Assembly: GCF_000737315.1 (NCBI RefSeq)
Contig: NZ_JMCB01000005.1
Coordinates: 206,001-268,000 of the forward strand
Origin: Hyalangium minutum
GTDB taxonomy: Bacteria; Myxococcota; Myxococcia; Myxococcales; Myxococcaceae
Length of the DNA stretch: 62,000 bases
Direction: 5' to 3'
The notes beneath the pieces are model-generated. The model had not been told where the DNA came from and ran no database searches. It saw only the letters and a program-made list of their open reading frames with translations. The position numbers and the translations under genes were made by a program. This document shows, one piece after another, positions 1 to 9,428 of this stretch (position 1 is the stretch's first letter; each line of letters starts with the position of its first letter).

Positions 1-588
1 CCCCTGGAGGGCGGCGGCCGCAAGGTGAAGGCCTTCAAGGAGAAGCCGGACCTGGAGACGGCCCGGGGCTACGTGGACTCCGGTGAGTTTCTCTGGAATG
101 GCGGCATCTTCGTCTTCCGCGCGGACGTGATGCTGGAGGCCTTCGCCAAGCACATGCCCGAGATGAAGAAGGGCCTGGAGGCCCTGCGGGCGGCGGCGGG
201 CAAGCGCACCTTCTCCTCGGTGCTCAAGCGCGTCTTCCCGAAGCTGCCCTCCATCTCCATCGACTACGGCGTCATGGAGAAGGCCGAGAACATCGCCGTG
301 CTGCCCGGGGACTTCGGCTGGTCGGACGTGGGCTCCTTCTCCGCCATCCCCGAGGTGCGCCCCGCGGACGCGCGCGGCAACGTCATCTCTGGCCCCGAGT
401 CCATCGTCGTGGACTGCGATGGGTGCGTGGTCCTCGGGGACAAGCGCCCGCTGGCCGTGGTGGGCATGAAGGATGTGGTGGTGGTGGACGCGGGTGATGC
501 GGTGCTCGTGGTCCCCAAGGACAAGAGCCAGGACGTGCGCAAGGTCGTCGAGGCCCTCAAGGCGGGCAAGCGCCAGAAGTTCCTGTAG
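1..588 (+). CDS. manC: mannose-1-phosphate guanylyltransferase, 5'-truncated by window edge
   Basis: Frame open from base 1. Motifs F-x-EKP, LWNGGIF, SIDYGVMEKA, GWSDVGS and a C-terminal left-handed-helix-like segment. Confidence 0.93.
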   Translation, partial: PLEGGGRKVKAFKEKPDLETARGYVDSGEFLWNGGIFVFRADVMLEAFAKHMPEMKKGLEALRAAAGKRTFSSVLKRVFPKLPSISIDYGVMEKAENIAVLPGDFGWSDVGSFSAIPEVRPADARGNVISGPESIVVDCDGCVVLGDKRPLAVVGMKDVVVVDAGDAVLVVPKDKSQDVRKVVEALKAGKRQKFL

Positions 589-613
589 GCGCTTGCCCGA
601 AGCTCGTCGTCCG

Positions 614-633
614 GCGCTCCCGGTCCGGAGCGC
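614..633. terminator. GC hairpin between convergent genes
   Basis: gcgctcc-cggtcc-ggagcgc, 7-bp stem; no U-tract. Confidence 0.35.
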
Positions 634-636
634 GGC

Positions 637-2193
637 TCACGGCTGCAAGTCGGTGCCCTGCTCCGTGCCGACCAGCAGCCGCCACACGTCCAGCCGCTCC
701 GGGCCGGAGAGCGGGAGGGCCTCTCCGATGAACACGTGGTGGTAGTCCGCGAAGGCGCCGCGGAACTTCTCCTGGATGCCATCCATGGACAGGGCGCCGT
801 TGCGGCCGTAGTGGTTCTCTCGCATGACGAGCCCCGGGCGGTACGACTCGCGCCCGAGCCGCAGGAGCACCGGCTGCAGGATGCTGGGCTTCACGCGGTT
901 GTGGCGGACCGTCAGCCCATTCACCACGATGCCATCGGCCGCCAGCATCAGCCCGTAGCTGGCCGTGCGCTCCACCACGTTGTCGACCACCTGTACGTTC
1001 TGGCCGCCCGCCACGCGGATGCCCTGGCCGTTGTGCAGCGGGAAGTTGCGAATGTCCTGGATGGTGTTGCCCTCCAGCCGGATGTTCCGCGGGGCCGCCT
1101 CCTGGCTCAGCACCGAGATGCCTCGGCCCGCCCGGGAGATGTCATTGCCCTGGATGAGCACGTCCCGAGCGCCCCGCGAGATGAGCACCGCCTCGCCGGC
1201 CGACGAGCCCACGGCGCGGATGCTCACGTTGGGGAAGCCGTACATCTGGTTATCGCGCACGGTGACGCCGTAGCACTGCTTGATGTCCACCCCGTTCTCG
1301 CCGTTGTCGTGCAGCTCGTTGCCCTGGACGAGCAGGGTCTCCGCCGGAGCCGAGCCCGCCTGGCACTGCACCGAGTCCCCCGAGTTGTGGTGGATGTTGT
1401 TGTTCTGGATGGTGATGTTGCGCGACGGGCCCACCACGACGATGCCGTGCGAGTCATCCGCCGGCTTGATGAAGTGGTGGATGAGGTTGTCCTCGATGGT
1501 CACGTTCCGGGCGCCCTGGACGATGATGCCCGCTCCGGCTCGACCATCGCGCAGCTCGCTGTGGGCCAGGCGCGAGCCGTCCGCGCCCACGTGGAAGACG
1601 ATGGCGGCCATGGGCGCCTCGTCCACGTCCAGGTGCAGGTTCTCCAGGTTCCAGTTCCCGCGCACGAAGATGAGCGAGCCTGGGGCCCGGTTGGCGGGCT
1701 TGAGGGTGGGTCGTGCCGTGCCCTCGCCGCGAATGGTGACGGGAGCGGCGCCCGAGCCCCGGGACTCCAGGACCAGCGTCTCCGAGTACGTCCCCGCCAT
1801 GACGCGAATGACATCGCCCGCCCGCGCGAGCGAGGTCGCCCGTGCGATGGTGCGCAGCGGCAGCGCCTGCGTGCCCAAGCCCACGTCCGAGCCCTTCATG
1901 CTCACGTACCAGCTGCGCGAGGTATTCTGCGAACCCCCTGAGCCGCCGTTCGCCGGAGGAGCTTCATCGGACGGGGCCTGCGGAGACTGGCTCTGCGGCG
2001 GCGGCGGGCTCTCCTGAGCGGGGGGGCTCGTGGGAGACTGCACCCCGGAGCCGGCCTGCGCCCCCAGGTCCGACGGATCCTGGGTGAACCGTTGCTCCAT
2101 CAACAGCGAAGGCTCACAGGCACTGAGGAGCAACCCCGTGAGTACGCCGCATGCCCCCTGGAAGGTGCGTCCGCTGCTTTCCCTACGTTTCAT
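637..2193 (-). CDS. lipoprotein with DUF1565-like start and right-handed parallel beta-helix (pectin-lyase-like fold)
   Basis: Start re-assigned to MKRRESS (ATG 2193). Lipobox LSAC, Pro/Gln linker, WYVSMKGSD...PLRTI motif, repeated I-x-x-N-x-I beta-helix coils. Confidence 0.75.
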   Translation of the reverse strand: MKRRESSGRTFQGACGVLTGLLLSACEPSLLMEQRFTQDPSDLGAQAGSGVQSPTSPPAQESPPPPQSQSPQAPSDEAPPANGGSGGSQNTSRSWYVSMKGSDVGLGTQALPLRTIARATSLARAGDVIRVMAGTYSETLVLESRGSGAAPVTIRGEGTARPTLKPANRAPGSLIFVRGNWNLENLHLDVDEAPMAAIVFHVGADGSRLAHSELRDGRAGAGIIVQGARNVTIEDNLIHHFIKPADDSHGIVVVGPSRNITIQNNNIHHNSGDSVQCQAGSAPAETLLVQGNELHDNGENGVDIKQCYGVTVRDNQMYGFPNVSIRAVGSSAGEAVLISRGARDVLIQGNDISRAGRGISVLSQEAAPRNIRLEGNTIQDIRNFPLHNGQGIRVAGGQNVQVVDNVVERTASYGLMLAADGIVVNGLTVRHNRVKPSILQPVLLRLGRESYRPGLVMRENHYGRNGALSMDGIQEKFRGAFADYHHVFIGEALPLSGPERLDVWRLLVGTEQGTDLQP

Positions 2194-2287
2194 GCTTGTC
2201 CCCTCGCCCCCCAGCCCTATTGAGGCGGGCCGAAAATCGACACGACCCGCTTGGTCAACAAGGGGACTGCCCTGGGGAGAAGTGGGA

Positions 2288-3145
2288 TCAGGTGCCCGCG
2301 CACTGTCTGCGGCGGGACAGCCAGAGCGCCACGGCCACCCACGCGGCGGGGGCAAGCAAGGGAGCAGCCGAGCACCCCTTGGATTCATCACCTGGGCCGG
2401 AGCACTCGGGCACATTGGTCACCTGGACCTGGAGGGTCTCGGTGGCAGGGCCCAGGTTTCCGGCGGCGTCACGGGCTCTGAGGCGGACGTTGAAGCGCCC
2501 CGTGCCGTGGGAGGGCAGGGCCGCGACACAGATGCCACCGGGAGCGAGGGAGACCTGGAGCTTGCCGTTGGTGAGGATGGCGCTCGGTGCTCCCATCATG
2601 GTGGGCTTGCTGTTCAGGTCCGGCTCGGTATCCGCCGAGCTGATCCAGATGTCGTAGCCGAGCTCGCCGCGCGGCGTGCGGTCATCCGTGGGCGAGGGGA
2701 ACTCGATGGAGACGTCTCCGATGGAATCCTTGCCGGTGCGCGCCACCATCACGGTGGGCTCGGAGATGGCGGAGGGCGGCGTGGTGTCGGGTCCACCCGC
2801 GACAGACACCGTATACGACTCGGAATCTGTAGCGAGCGTGTAGCTCCCTTCGGGCAGCGGGGCCGAGGGCGTGACCAGAACGCCTCCTCTCTCGTCGGCG
2901 TCCGCAGTGATGGTGCTGGGGATCTCCTGGCCCATGGAGCCGCGCAGCGCGACCTGGGTGGCGTCGATCCGATAGCCCTGGCTTGCGTGCGCGACGATGG
3001 CCGGGTTGGAGGGGAGAGGTGGGGCTTGGTACTTCGGGTAGATGCGCACGATGGGGAGAGGGGACTCGGCGGACGCGGCTTGTGCGGCCAGCAGCACGGC
3101 GAGGCACGGCAGGCGAAGGGCAGGGGCGAGCTTTCTTAGGAGCAT
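2288..3145 (-). CDS. secreted Ig/FN3-like protein with MYXO-CTERM-type sorting signal
   Basis: Signal peptide MLLRKLAPALRLPCLAVLLAAQAASA; VLVTPSAPLPEGSYTL and RARDAAGN Ig-like motifs; C-terminus GCSAAP-hydrophobic-RRR. Confidence 0.7.
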   Translation of the reverse strand: MLLRKLAPALRLPCLAVLLAAQAASAESPLPIVRIYPKYQAPPLPSNPAIVAHASQGYRIDATQVALRGSMGQEIPSTITADADERGGVLVTPSAPLPEGSYTLATDSESYTVSVAGGPDTTPPSAISEPTVMVARTGKDSIGDVSIEFPSPTDDRTPRGELGYDIWISSADTEPDLNSKPTMMGAPSAILTNGKLQVSLAPGGICVAALPSHGTGRFNVRLRARDAAGNLGPATETLQVQVTNVPECSGPGDESKGCSAAPLLAPAAWVAVALWLSRRRQCAGT

Positions 3146-3289
3146 GCCCAACGCGGTAGCAGGGGCTGTGCCACCTTCACGGCTCGCGGGCTGGCAGAGG
3201 CGCTCATGTGGATGCGCGCTGGGGAGCGCCCCTGCCACCTGTGTCGGAGGCTCGCGGATTTCTGAGTCAGCGAGTCCTCCAGAGCAGCC

Positions 3290-5068
3290 TCACTCCTCCT
3301 CGGGCGGGGCCTCCATGTAGTCCGGCGCGTGGATGCCCAGCAGTGCGAACGCGCTCTTCAGCGTCTGCTTCAGCGCCGCCACCAGCGCCAGACGGCCCTG
3401 CGTCTTCTCCACATCCGTGCTGATGATCGGGTCCGACTTGTAGCGCGTGTAGTAGCTGTGGAAGTCGGTGATGAGCTCCTGGCAGAAGTACAGCACGTGG
3501 TGCGGCTCCAGCCGCTCCGCCGCGCTCGCCACCACGTCCGGCAGCTGGCTCATCTTCTTCAGCATCGCCAGCTCCTCAGGCAGCGTCAGCCGCGCCAGCT
3601 GCGCCTCCGTCACCTGAGCCACCCCGACGAACGGCTGACCCTTCTCCGCCGCCTTCTTCAGGATGCTCGCGCACCGCGCGTGGCCGTACTGGAAGTAGAA
3701 GACCGGGTTCTCCTTCGATTGCTCCTTCACCTTGTCCAGGTCGAAGTCGAAGCGCGAGTTCGCCGTCTTCATGAGGAACAGGAACCGGCACACGTCCGGC
3801 CCCGCCTCGTCGATGAGGTCCTCCAGCTCGAACACCGTGCCCTTGCGCTTGCTGACCTTCACCTCCTCGCCGCCCCGGGTGATGCGGACGATCTGCACCA
3901 GCAGGAACTCGAGCTTCTTCGGATCCAGCCCCAGCAGCGTGACACCCGCCTTGATGCGCGGCGTGTGGCCCGCATGGTCCGCGCCGAGCACGTCGATGAT
4001 CCGGTCGAAGCCGCGCTCGTACTTCTCCTTGTGGTACGCGAGGTCCGCCGTCAGGTACACCGGCGTGCCGTCGTGCCGCAGGATGACCCGGTCCTCGTCA
4101 TCCCCGTGCTGGCTCGTCTGCAGGAACAGGCCGCCCTTCTGCCGATCCGCGTAGTGGGCCGCCTTGCTCTCCTCGTTCCGGACCTTCTCGGTGTCGCGCC
4201 GGGCCTCGGTCGCCTCGTACGTCACCCCGCGCTGCTTGTACTCCTCAGCGACGGCCTTCACCTTGCCCGCCGCGTGCAGCGAGGCCTCGCTGAAGAACAC
4301 GTCGTGCCGGATGTTCGCTTTCTCCAGGCTCACCTTGATGTTCTTCAGGTTCTCCCGCACCGCCACCGCGATGGCCGGTGCCAGCCACTCGGACTCCGAC
4401 GCCTTCAGGTACTTGTCCCCCACCTCGTCCCGCCACGTCTTCGCGATGTCGATGACGTACTCGGCCGGGTACTCGCCCTCGACCAGCTGCACCTGCTCGC
4501 CAAAGAGCTGCCGGTAGCGCTTGTGCACCGTCCGCCCCAGCGTCTCCACCTGCTTGCCGTAGTCATTGATGTAGAACTCGCGCGTCACGTCGTGCCCGGC
4601 CGCGTCCAGCAGCCGCGACACCGCGTCGCCCATGAAGGCTCCGCGCGCATGGCCGATGTGCACCGGCCCCGTCGGGTTCGCCGAGACGAACTCCACCATC
4701 ACCCGCTTGCCCGTCGACTTGGCCACCCGGCGCCCGAACGTGTCCCCGGCTTGCAGCACCTCGCGCGCCACGTCCTGGATGACCTTCTGCTTCAGCGTGA
4801 AGTTCAGGAAGCCCGGGCCCGCCACCTCCACCTTCTCGACGATGCCCTCCTGGTCCACCAGCCCCTTCACGAGGGCGTTGGCGATGTCGCGGGGCGGCTT
4901 GCCCTCTGGCTTGTTGAGCAACAGGGCCACGTTCACCGCCCAGTCGCCGTGGGCCGGGTTCTTGGGCGGCTCCACCGTGTAGTGGGGCGCCTGCTCCAGC
5001 TTGAGCGTGCCGGCCGCCTTCAGCGCCGCGAGCGTTGCATCGATGAGTGCGAAGACCTTCTGCCGCAT
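3290..5068 (-). CDS. argS: arginine--tRNA ligase
   Basis: VEFVSANPTGPVHIGHARG (HIGH), KVSKRKG (KMSK-like), YFQYGHARCASI anticodon-binding motif. Confidence 0.98.
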   Translation of the reverse strand: MRQKVFALIDATLAALKAAGTLKLEQAPHYTVEPPKNPAHGDWAVNVALLLNKPEGKPPRDIANALVKGLVDQEGIVEKVEVAGPGFLNFTLKQKVIQDVAREVLQAGDTFGRRVAKSTGKRVMVEFVSANPTGPVHIGHARGAFMGDAVSRLLDAAGHDVTREFYINDYGKQVETLGRTVHKRYRQLFGEQVQLVEGEYPAEYVIDIAKTWRDEVGDKYLKASESEWLAPAIAVAVRENLKNIKVSLEKANIRHDVFFSEASLHAAGKVKAVAEEYKQRGVTYEATEARRDTEKVRNEESKAAHYADRQKGGLFLQTSQHGDDEDRVILRHDGTPVYLTADLAYHKEKYERGFDRIIDVLGADHAGHTPRIKAGVTLLGLDPKKLEFLLVQIVRITRGGEEVKVSKRKGTVFELEDLIDEAGPDVCRFLFLMKTANSRFDFDLDKVKEQSKENPVFYFQYGHARCASILKKAAEKGQPFVGVAQVTEAQLARLTLPEELAMLKKMSQLPDVVASAAERLEPHHVLYFCQELITDFHSYYTRYKSDPIISTDVEKTQGRLALVAALKQTLKSAFALLGIHAPDYMEAPPEEE

Positions 5069-5216
5069 GGGGATTTCTTCTCCGAGAACAAGCCTAAAGA
5101 CGGTGCAATGTAGGCAGTTTTGACACGGGGTTCACGGCTTCCGTGAAGCTTCTGGCGCCTGCCGTACTCCAGGTACCTTGACGGAGGCATTCGCCCTCCT
5201 CATTCTGCCGCGCCTC

Positions 5217-5858
5217 ATGCCCGTCCTGCGTGGAGCTGTCACCTTCTCCCGCTTCCTCGTCGAGCCCGACAAGGAAGCCCCCGCGGACCTCAAGCGCTCG
5301 CTCTCCCGCGCGCTCAAGGCCCGTGCCTTCGCCCCCATTGATCGCCGCGCCGAGGAAGAGCGCGCCACCGGCTTCGTGGAGCTCGAGAACTCCGACGGTA
5401 CCGAGTTCGCCGCTGGCAGCATCTTCTATGGTGAGTACGCCCTGTTCGCCTGGCGCGTCGACACCATCAAGATCCCCGGCCCCGTCCTCAAGGCCGAGGT
5501 GGAGAAGTGGGCCGCCGCCTTCGAGAAGGAGAAGGGCCGTCCCCCCAGCCGCGGCGAGAAGAACGAGAACAAGTCCTCCGTGCGCCAGCTGCTCCGCAAC
5601 CGCGCCGTGCCCCTCACCAAGGTGCACGACATCAGCTGGAACCTGAAGACCCAGCAGCTGCAGATCTGGGCCGCCTCGCGCAAGGCCGTGGAGGAGGCGA
5701 TGGCCGGTGTGGAGACCGCCTTCAAGGTGAAGCTCATCCCGCTCGTGCCGGCCGCCGTGGCGCAGCGCACGGGCATCGACGATTCGGCCTTGGGGCCCAC
5801 CGCCGAGCTGATCGGCATGGAGCTGAAGGCGGAGGAGGTGAGCCATGGGGAAGCGTGA
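5217..5858 (+). CDS. RdgC-like protein, resembles N-terminal half of RdgC
   Basis: Probable start MPVLRGAVTFSRF. GFVEL, WRVDTIKIPGPVLK...EKEKGR...K...RQLLRNRA pattern follows the RdgC N-half. Confidence 0.65.
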   Translation: MPVLRGAVTFSRFLVEPDKEAPADLKRSLSRALKARAFAPIDRRAEEERATGFVELENSDGTEFAAGSIFYGEYALFAWRVDTIKIPGPVLKAEVEKWAAAFEKEKGRPPSRGEKNENKSSVRQLLRNRAVPLTKVHDISWNLKTQQLQIWAASRKAVEEAMAGVETAFKVKLIPLVPAAVAQRTGIDDSALGPTAELIGMELKAEEVSHGEA

Positions 5859-6519
5859 GCAGGCCCGGGAGGAGGCCGCCTTCATGCGCGGCGATGTCGG
5901 CGTCGACGGAGGCGCCACCGAGGAGAAGAAGGACACCGCCGAGGTGGAGCGCGACAAGGCCCGCGAGGCGCTTCTGCGCGGCAAGGCGTACCTGGGCCGC
6001 GAGTTCCTCACCTGGCTGCTGTGGCGCTCGGAGTCCGGCGACCCCATCACCGAGTTTGAGAAGTTGGGACTCACCGTCCTCTTCACCGGCCGCGTGGTGC
6101 TCAAAGGCGTCAGTGGCGATGTGACGGAGCTGTCCGCCCGTGGCGCCATGGCCCCGTACTCGGAGCAGGTGCGGCATTCGCTGGACCGGGGACTGCTCGT
6201 CCACCAGGCCCGGATGCTCCTCACCCACGGCGAGAAGGCCTATGAGGTGACGCTGGATGCCGAGTTCCTCGACGTCCGCGCCGCCAAGCTCCCGGAGCTG
6301 ATGAGCGAGGAGGATGACTCGCGCACCTCCGAGCGCCTCTTCCTGGCCGAGCAGCTCTCCGCGCTGATCCACGCCCTGGTCGAGGCCTTCATCGCCGTGC
6401 GCGCGGGCAAGGCCTGGAGCAAGCAGATCGTCCCCGCCATGAAGGAGTGGATGCGCGGCGAGGAGGGCACCCGGAAGCAGACCACCCTCCAGCGCGCCGC
6501 CAACGTCCGGAAGCGGTAG
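5845..6519 (+). CDS. RdgC-partner protein, resembles C-terminal half of RdgC
   Basis: Overlaps the previous gene by 14 nt. YLGREFLTWLLW, then SLDRGLLVHQARMLL...YEVTLDAE...AKLPE...ERLFLAEQL. Confidence 0.55.
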   Translation: MGKREQAREEAAFMRGDVGVDGGATEEKKDTAEVERDKAREALLRGKAYLGREFLTWLLWRSESGDPITEFEKLGLTVLFTGRVVLKGVSGDVTELSARGAMAPYSEQVRHSLDRGLLVHQARMLLTHGEKAYEVTLDAEFLDVRAAKLPELMSEEDDSRTSERLFLAEQLSALIHALVEAFIAVRAGKAWSKQIVPAMKEWMRGEEGTRKQTTLQRAANVRKR

Positions 6520-6789
6520 CTCTTCTCGCCCCACGGGGCTGAATCGTGGCGGGCGGGTGATCACCGCTGATCATCCACCCTGCCCCAGCCACCTGGGAAA
6601 AGCCGTAAGTCCTGGAGTCTCTTTTCAGGGCGCCCCCGTAAGAATGACAGCCGCCGCGCCCCGGTTTCGCGGGCGCACTCGCTGCTTCGCGGGGTTCGAA
6701 CGTCCGCCAGCCCACGCCTGGGCTCTGCACGAAGGTTGCAACACTCCCCGGTGCAGAAGTCCCGAGGGGCCCACGTGGGGGTGGCGTCG

Positions 6790-8601
6790 ATGGGGTGCGT
6801 TCGAGCCCGAGAAGAGGTGGAGTCCATGGTTGGCCAGCGTCACGGTCCCCTCATTCTGGAGCGCATGCTGGGTGTCGGCGCCATCGGCTCCGTGTACCTC
6901 GCCATGCATCCGGCGACCGGTAAGCGGTTCGCCCTGAGGCTCCTCCATCCGCATCTGGCGGCCAATCCCGTGGTGCGCTCGCGCTTTCTCGTCGAGGCCC
7001 AGGCCGCCAGCCGCGTCATCCACCGCAACGTCGCGCGCGTGCTGGATGTGCGCGTGGGGCCCGCGGACCTGCCCACGCTCCTCATGGAGTACGTGGAGGG
7101 AGAGCGCCTGTCCTTCATGCCCGTGCCGTTCTCGCCCACCGAAGTGATGAGCCTGCTCATCCAGGTGCTCGAGGGGCTCGAGGCCGCGCACGCCCGCGGC
7201 GTGGTGCACTGCGATCTCAAGCCGGACAACCTCATCCTCACGCGCGACACGCACGGCGAGCGGCAGGTGCAGGTGCTCGACTTCGGCATGGCCAGTGTCC
7301 TGGCCTCGTGCTTCTCGCAGGAGGAGATTGCCTCGGGCGTCGTCCTGGGCTCGCCCGCGTACATGGCGCCCGAGCAGTGGGTGACCACCGCCGCGGACAC
7401 CCGGATGGATGTGTATGCGCTGGGCGTCATCGGCTACCGGTTGCTCACCGGGCGCCTGCCCTTCGGCCGTGGCCGCCTGGGCGAGGTGCGCCTCCAGGAG
7501 CAGGAGGCCCGGCCGCCCGCGCCGCACACCCTGGACTCGCGCATCTCCAAGGTGCTCTCGCTGGTCATCATGCAGGCGATTGCCTGGCGCCCGGAGGACC
7601 GCTTCCCGAGCTCCCGTGACTTCCAGCTCGCGCTCATCCAGGCCCAGCGCCACATTCCCAAGCCGACGCTCACGCTGCAGCCCGTCGCGCCGCGCACCCA
7701 GGAGCCCGCGGGCCTGCAGGTGCGCGTGGCGGGCCTCGGGAGCTCCGAGCCCCGCGCCGTGCAGGCCAGCGACGTCACCAGCGAGGGCCTCTTCATCGCC
7801 TACGAGGGGGCGCCGCCTCCGCTCGCGGCGCGGCTGGCCCTGGAGCTGTCCTTCCACGGGAAGACGCTGCCGGCTGCCGGGGACGTGGTGCGCCATGTGT
7901 CCCAGGACGAGGCCCGCGCCTGGAGCGTCTCCGCGGGCTTCTTCCTCCACTTCGTCGAGCCCTCACCGGAGCTGAGCGCCCTGGTGGCCCAGGTGCGCGC
8001 CAACAACGGCGAGCCGCCCCCGGATCCCGAGCTGGCTCAGCTGCTCTCGCGCACCGCGGCGCTCGGCAAGGATCCCTACATCTTCCTGGGGCTGCCGGAC
8101 TCGGCCAGCTTCGATGAGGTGCGTCAGCGCGCGGAGACGGCGCTGCGCCGCGTGGAAGTCTTCTGGAGCCGTCCGCTTCCGGCGAACCAGCGGCGGGATC
8201 TGGAGATGCTGCGCGCCCGGGTGGATGCGGCCCGGCGCACGCTGGGAGATCCGCTCACGCGCGCCAGCTACGACGCCACCAAGGGCAACGCGCACGGCAT
8301 CGCCCGCTGCATCCTCGCAGGGCTCTCGGACGAGGCGGTGGGACCCATCCGCCGGGCGTTCCTCGACGCGCGGCCGGGCTCCGAGGCTCGCGCGCGCTCG
8401 CTCTTCATCCAGGCCCGGAGCCTGGAGGCGCAGCACGCCCTGCAGCAGGCGGTGGATTGCTACGGCCAGGCGCTGGCGCTGGATCCGTTGCACCTGGCCG
8501 CCCAGCGCCACTACTGGGCGCTGCGCCGGCATCTGCGCCCCATGACCATCTCGGTCCCTACAATCAACCCCGGGAGGAGCCCCGAGGCGGTGCCGCGCTA
8601 G
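6790..8601 (+). CDS. Ser/Thr kinase-fold protein with PilZ-like, J-like and TPR-like domains; VAIK Lys replaced by Arg
   Basis: [37 protein letters not shown]-terminal DPYIFLGL...[11 protein letters not shown]. Start at 6790 or 6826. Confidence 0.88.
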   Translation: MGCVRAREEVESMVGQRHGPLILERMLGVGAIGSVYLAMHPATGKRFALRLLHPHLAANPVVRSRFLVEAQAASRVIHRNVARVLDVRVGPADLPTLLMEYVEGERLSFMPVPFSPTEVMSLLIQVLEGLEAAHARGVVHCDLKPDNLILTRDTHGERQVQVLDFGMASVLASCFSQEEIASGVVLGSPAYMAPEQWVTTAADTRMDVYALGVIGYRLLTGRLPFGRGRLGEVRLQEQEARPPAPHTLDSRISKVLSLVIMQAIAWRPEDRFPSSRDFQLALIQAQRHIPKPTLTLQPVAPRTQEPAGLQVRVAGLGSSEPRAVQASDVTSEGLFIAYEGAPPPLAARLALELSFHGKTLPAAGDVVRHVSQDEARAWSVSAGFFLHFVEPSPELSALVAQVRANNGEPPPDPELAQLLSRTAALGKDPYIFLGLPDSASFDEVRQRAETALRRVEVFWSRPLPANQRRDLEMLRARVDAARRTLGDPLTRASYDATKGNAHGIARCILAGLSDEAVGPIRRAFLDARPGSEARARSLFIQARSLEAQHALQQAVDCYGQALALDPLHLAAQRHYWALRRHLRPMTISVPTINPGRSPEAVPR

Positions 8602-9233
8602 CCCCACGTCACCTCGTACTCGCTGTCCAGAGGTCCAATCGAGCGGGAGCGCACCTGCGGGTGCTTTCCCGTGCTGACCTCCATCACCGCGAGGATGACG
8701 CCCTCGGTGTGGGGCAGGGGGAGGAAGTCGCGCTTGAAGGTGAGCAGGGCGCTCTTGTCCCCGGTCACCGTCATCTTCCGCTCGCCGAAGTTCACCGAGG
8801 CGCGGTAGGCGGCGGGGATGTTGCCCAGCAGCCGGTGAGGAGCACCTCCTGACAGCGAGACCAGCGTCTTGCCCGCCATGGAGTGCACGAAGTCCTGCAC
8901 CGTGGCCATGCCCAGCCGGCGCGAGCACTTCTCCACGTTGTTGCCGAGCAGGGGCGCCAGCACGAGGGTCGCCGCATGGGCCAGCCGGAGGAAGTCCGTG
9001 GCCGGGTAGGTGGCGAAGCTGATGAAGCCCCGCTGGAAGCGTTTGTCCATCAACAGCTGCTGGCAGTGCTTCAGGCCTGACTCGCCGGCCTCCCTCTTCA
9101 CGAGGTTGAAGAGGCTGGTGAAGAACAACCCCCGGAAGTTGTCCTCGGGAGAGGGCAAGGAGAGGTAGCGCGTGTAGAGGGACTCCCCTCCTTCAGAGGA
9201 GGGAGGTTTCACCGAAACGGGGGGCGTGTTCAT
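8598..9233 (-). CDS. DUF2378 / TIGR02265 myxobacterial protein
   Basis: RGLFF, YPATDFLRL, YRASVNFGER, GVILAVME pattern. Stop overlaps the kinase stop (CTAG). Confidence 0.8.
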   Translation of the reverse strand: MNTPPVSVKPPSSEGGESLYTRYLSLPSPEDNFRGLFFTSLFNLVKREAGESGLKHCQQLLMDKRFQRGFISFATYPATDFLRLAHAATLVLAPLLGNNVEKCSRRLGMATVQDFVHSMAGKTLVSLSGGAPHRLLGNIPAAYRASVNFGERKMTVTGDKSALLTFKRDFLPLPHTEGVILAVMEVSTGKHPQVRSRSIGPLDSEYEVTWG

Positions 9234-9399
9234 GTGAGGGCGGGGAAGCTCGGGGCTTCAGTATAGCTTCCAACCTGCTGGGTTGGATAGTGGACTCGAG
9301 ATACACCCTGAGGGCCCCGTGTTCCAGGGGCAGGTAAAGTGTTTCCCTGTGCGGTGCTGTCGGCTTCCTCGAAACCATGCGAAGCCCGCGCCAACACGG

Positions 9400-9415
9400 T
9401 GGCTCAGTGTTTGCT
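9400..9415 (+). promoter_or_regulatory. candidate sigma-54 promoter
   Basis: TGGCTCAGTGTTTGCT = GG-N10-GC, close to TGGCACG-N4-TTGC. Confidence 0.45.
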
Positions 9416-9428
9416 CTGGGCCCTCGGT

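Noticed and set aside
3329-5113. 594-aa plus-strand ORF
   Set aside because: Antisense shadow of argS; long shadow ORFs are expected at this GC content, and it has no motifs.
5131-5147. ttcacgg-ctt-ccgtgaa palindrome and nearby TTGACA between argS and the RdgC pair
   Set aside because: 7-bp arms only and no -10 at correct spacing; not enough to call a site.
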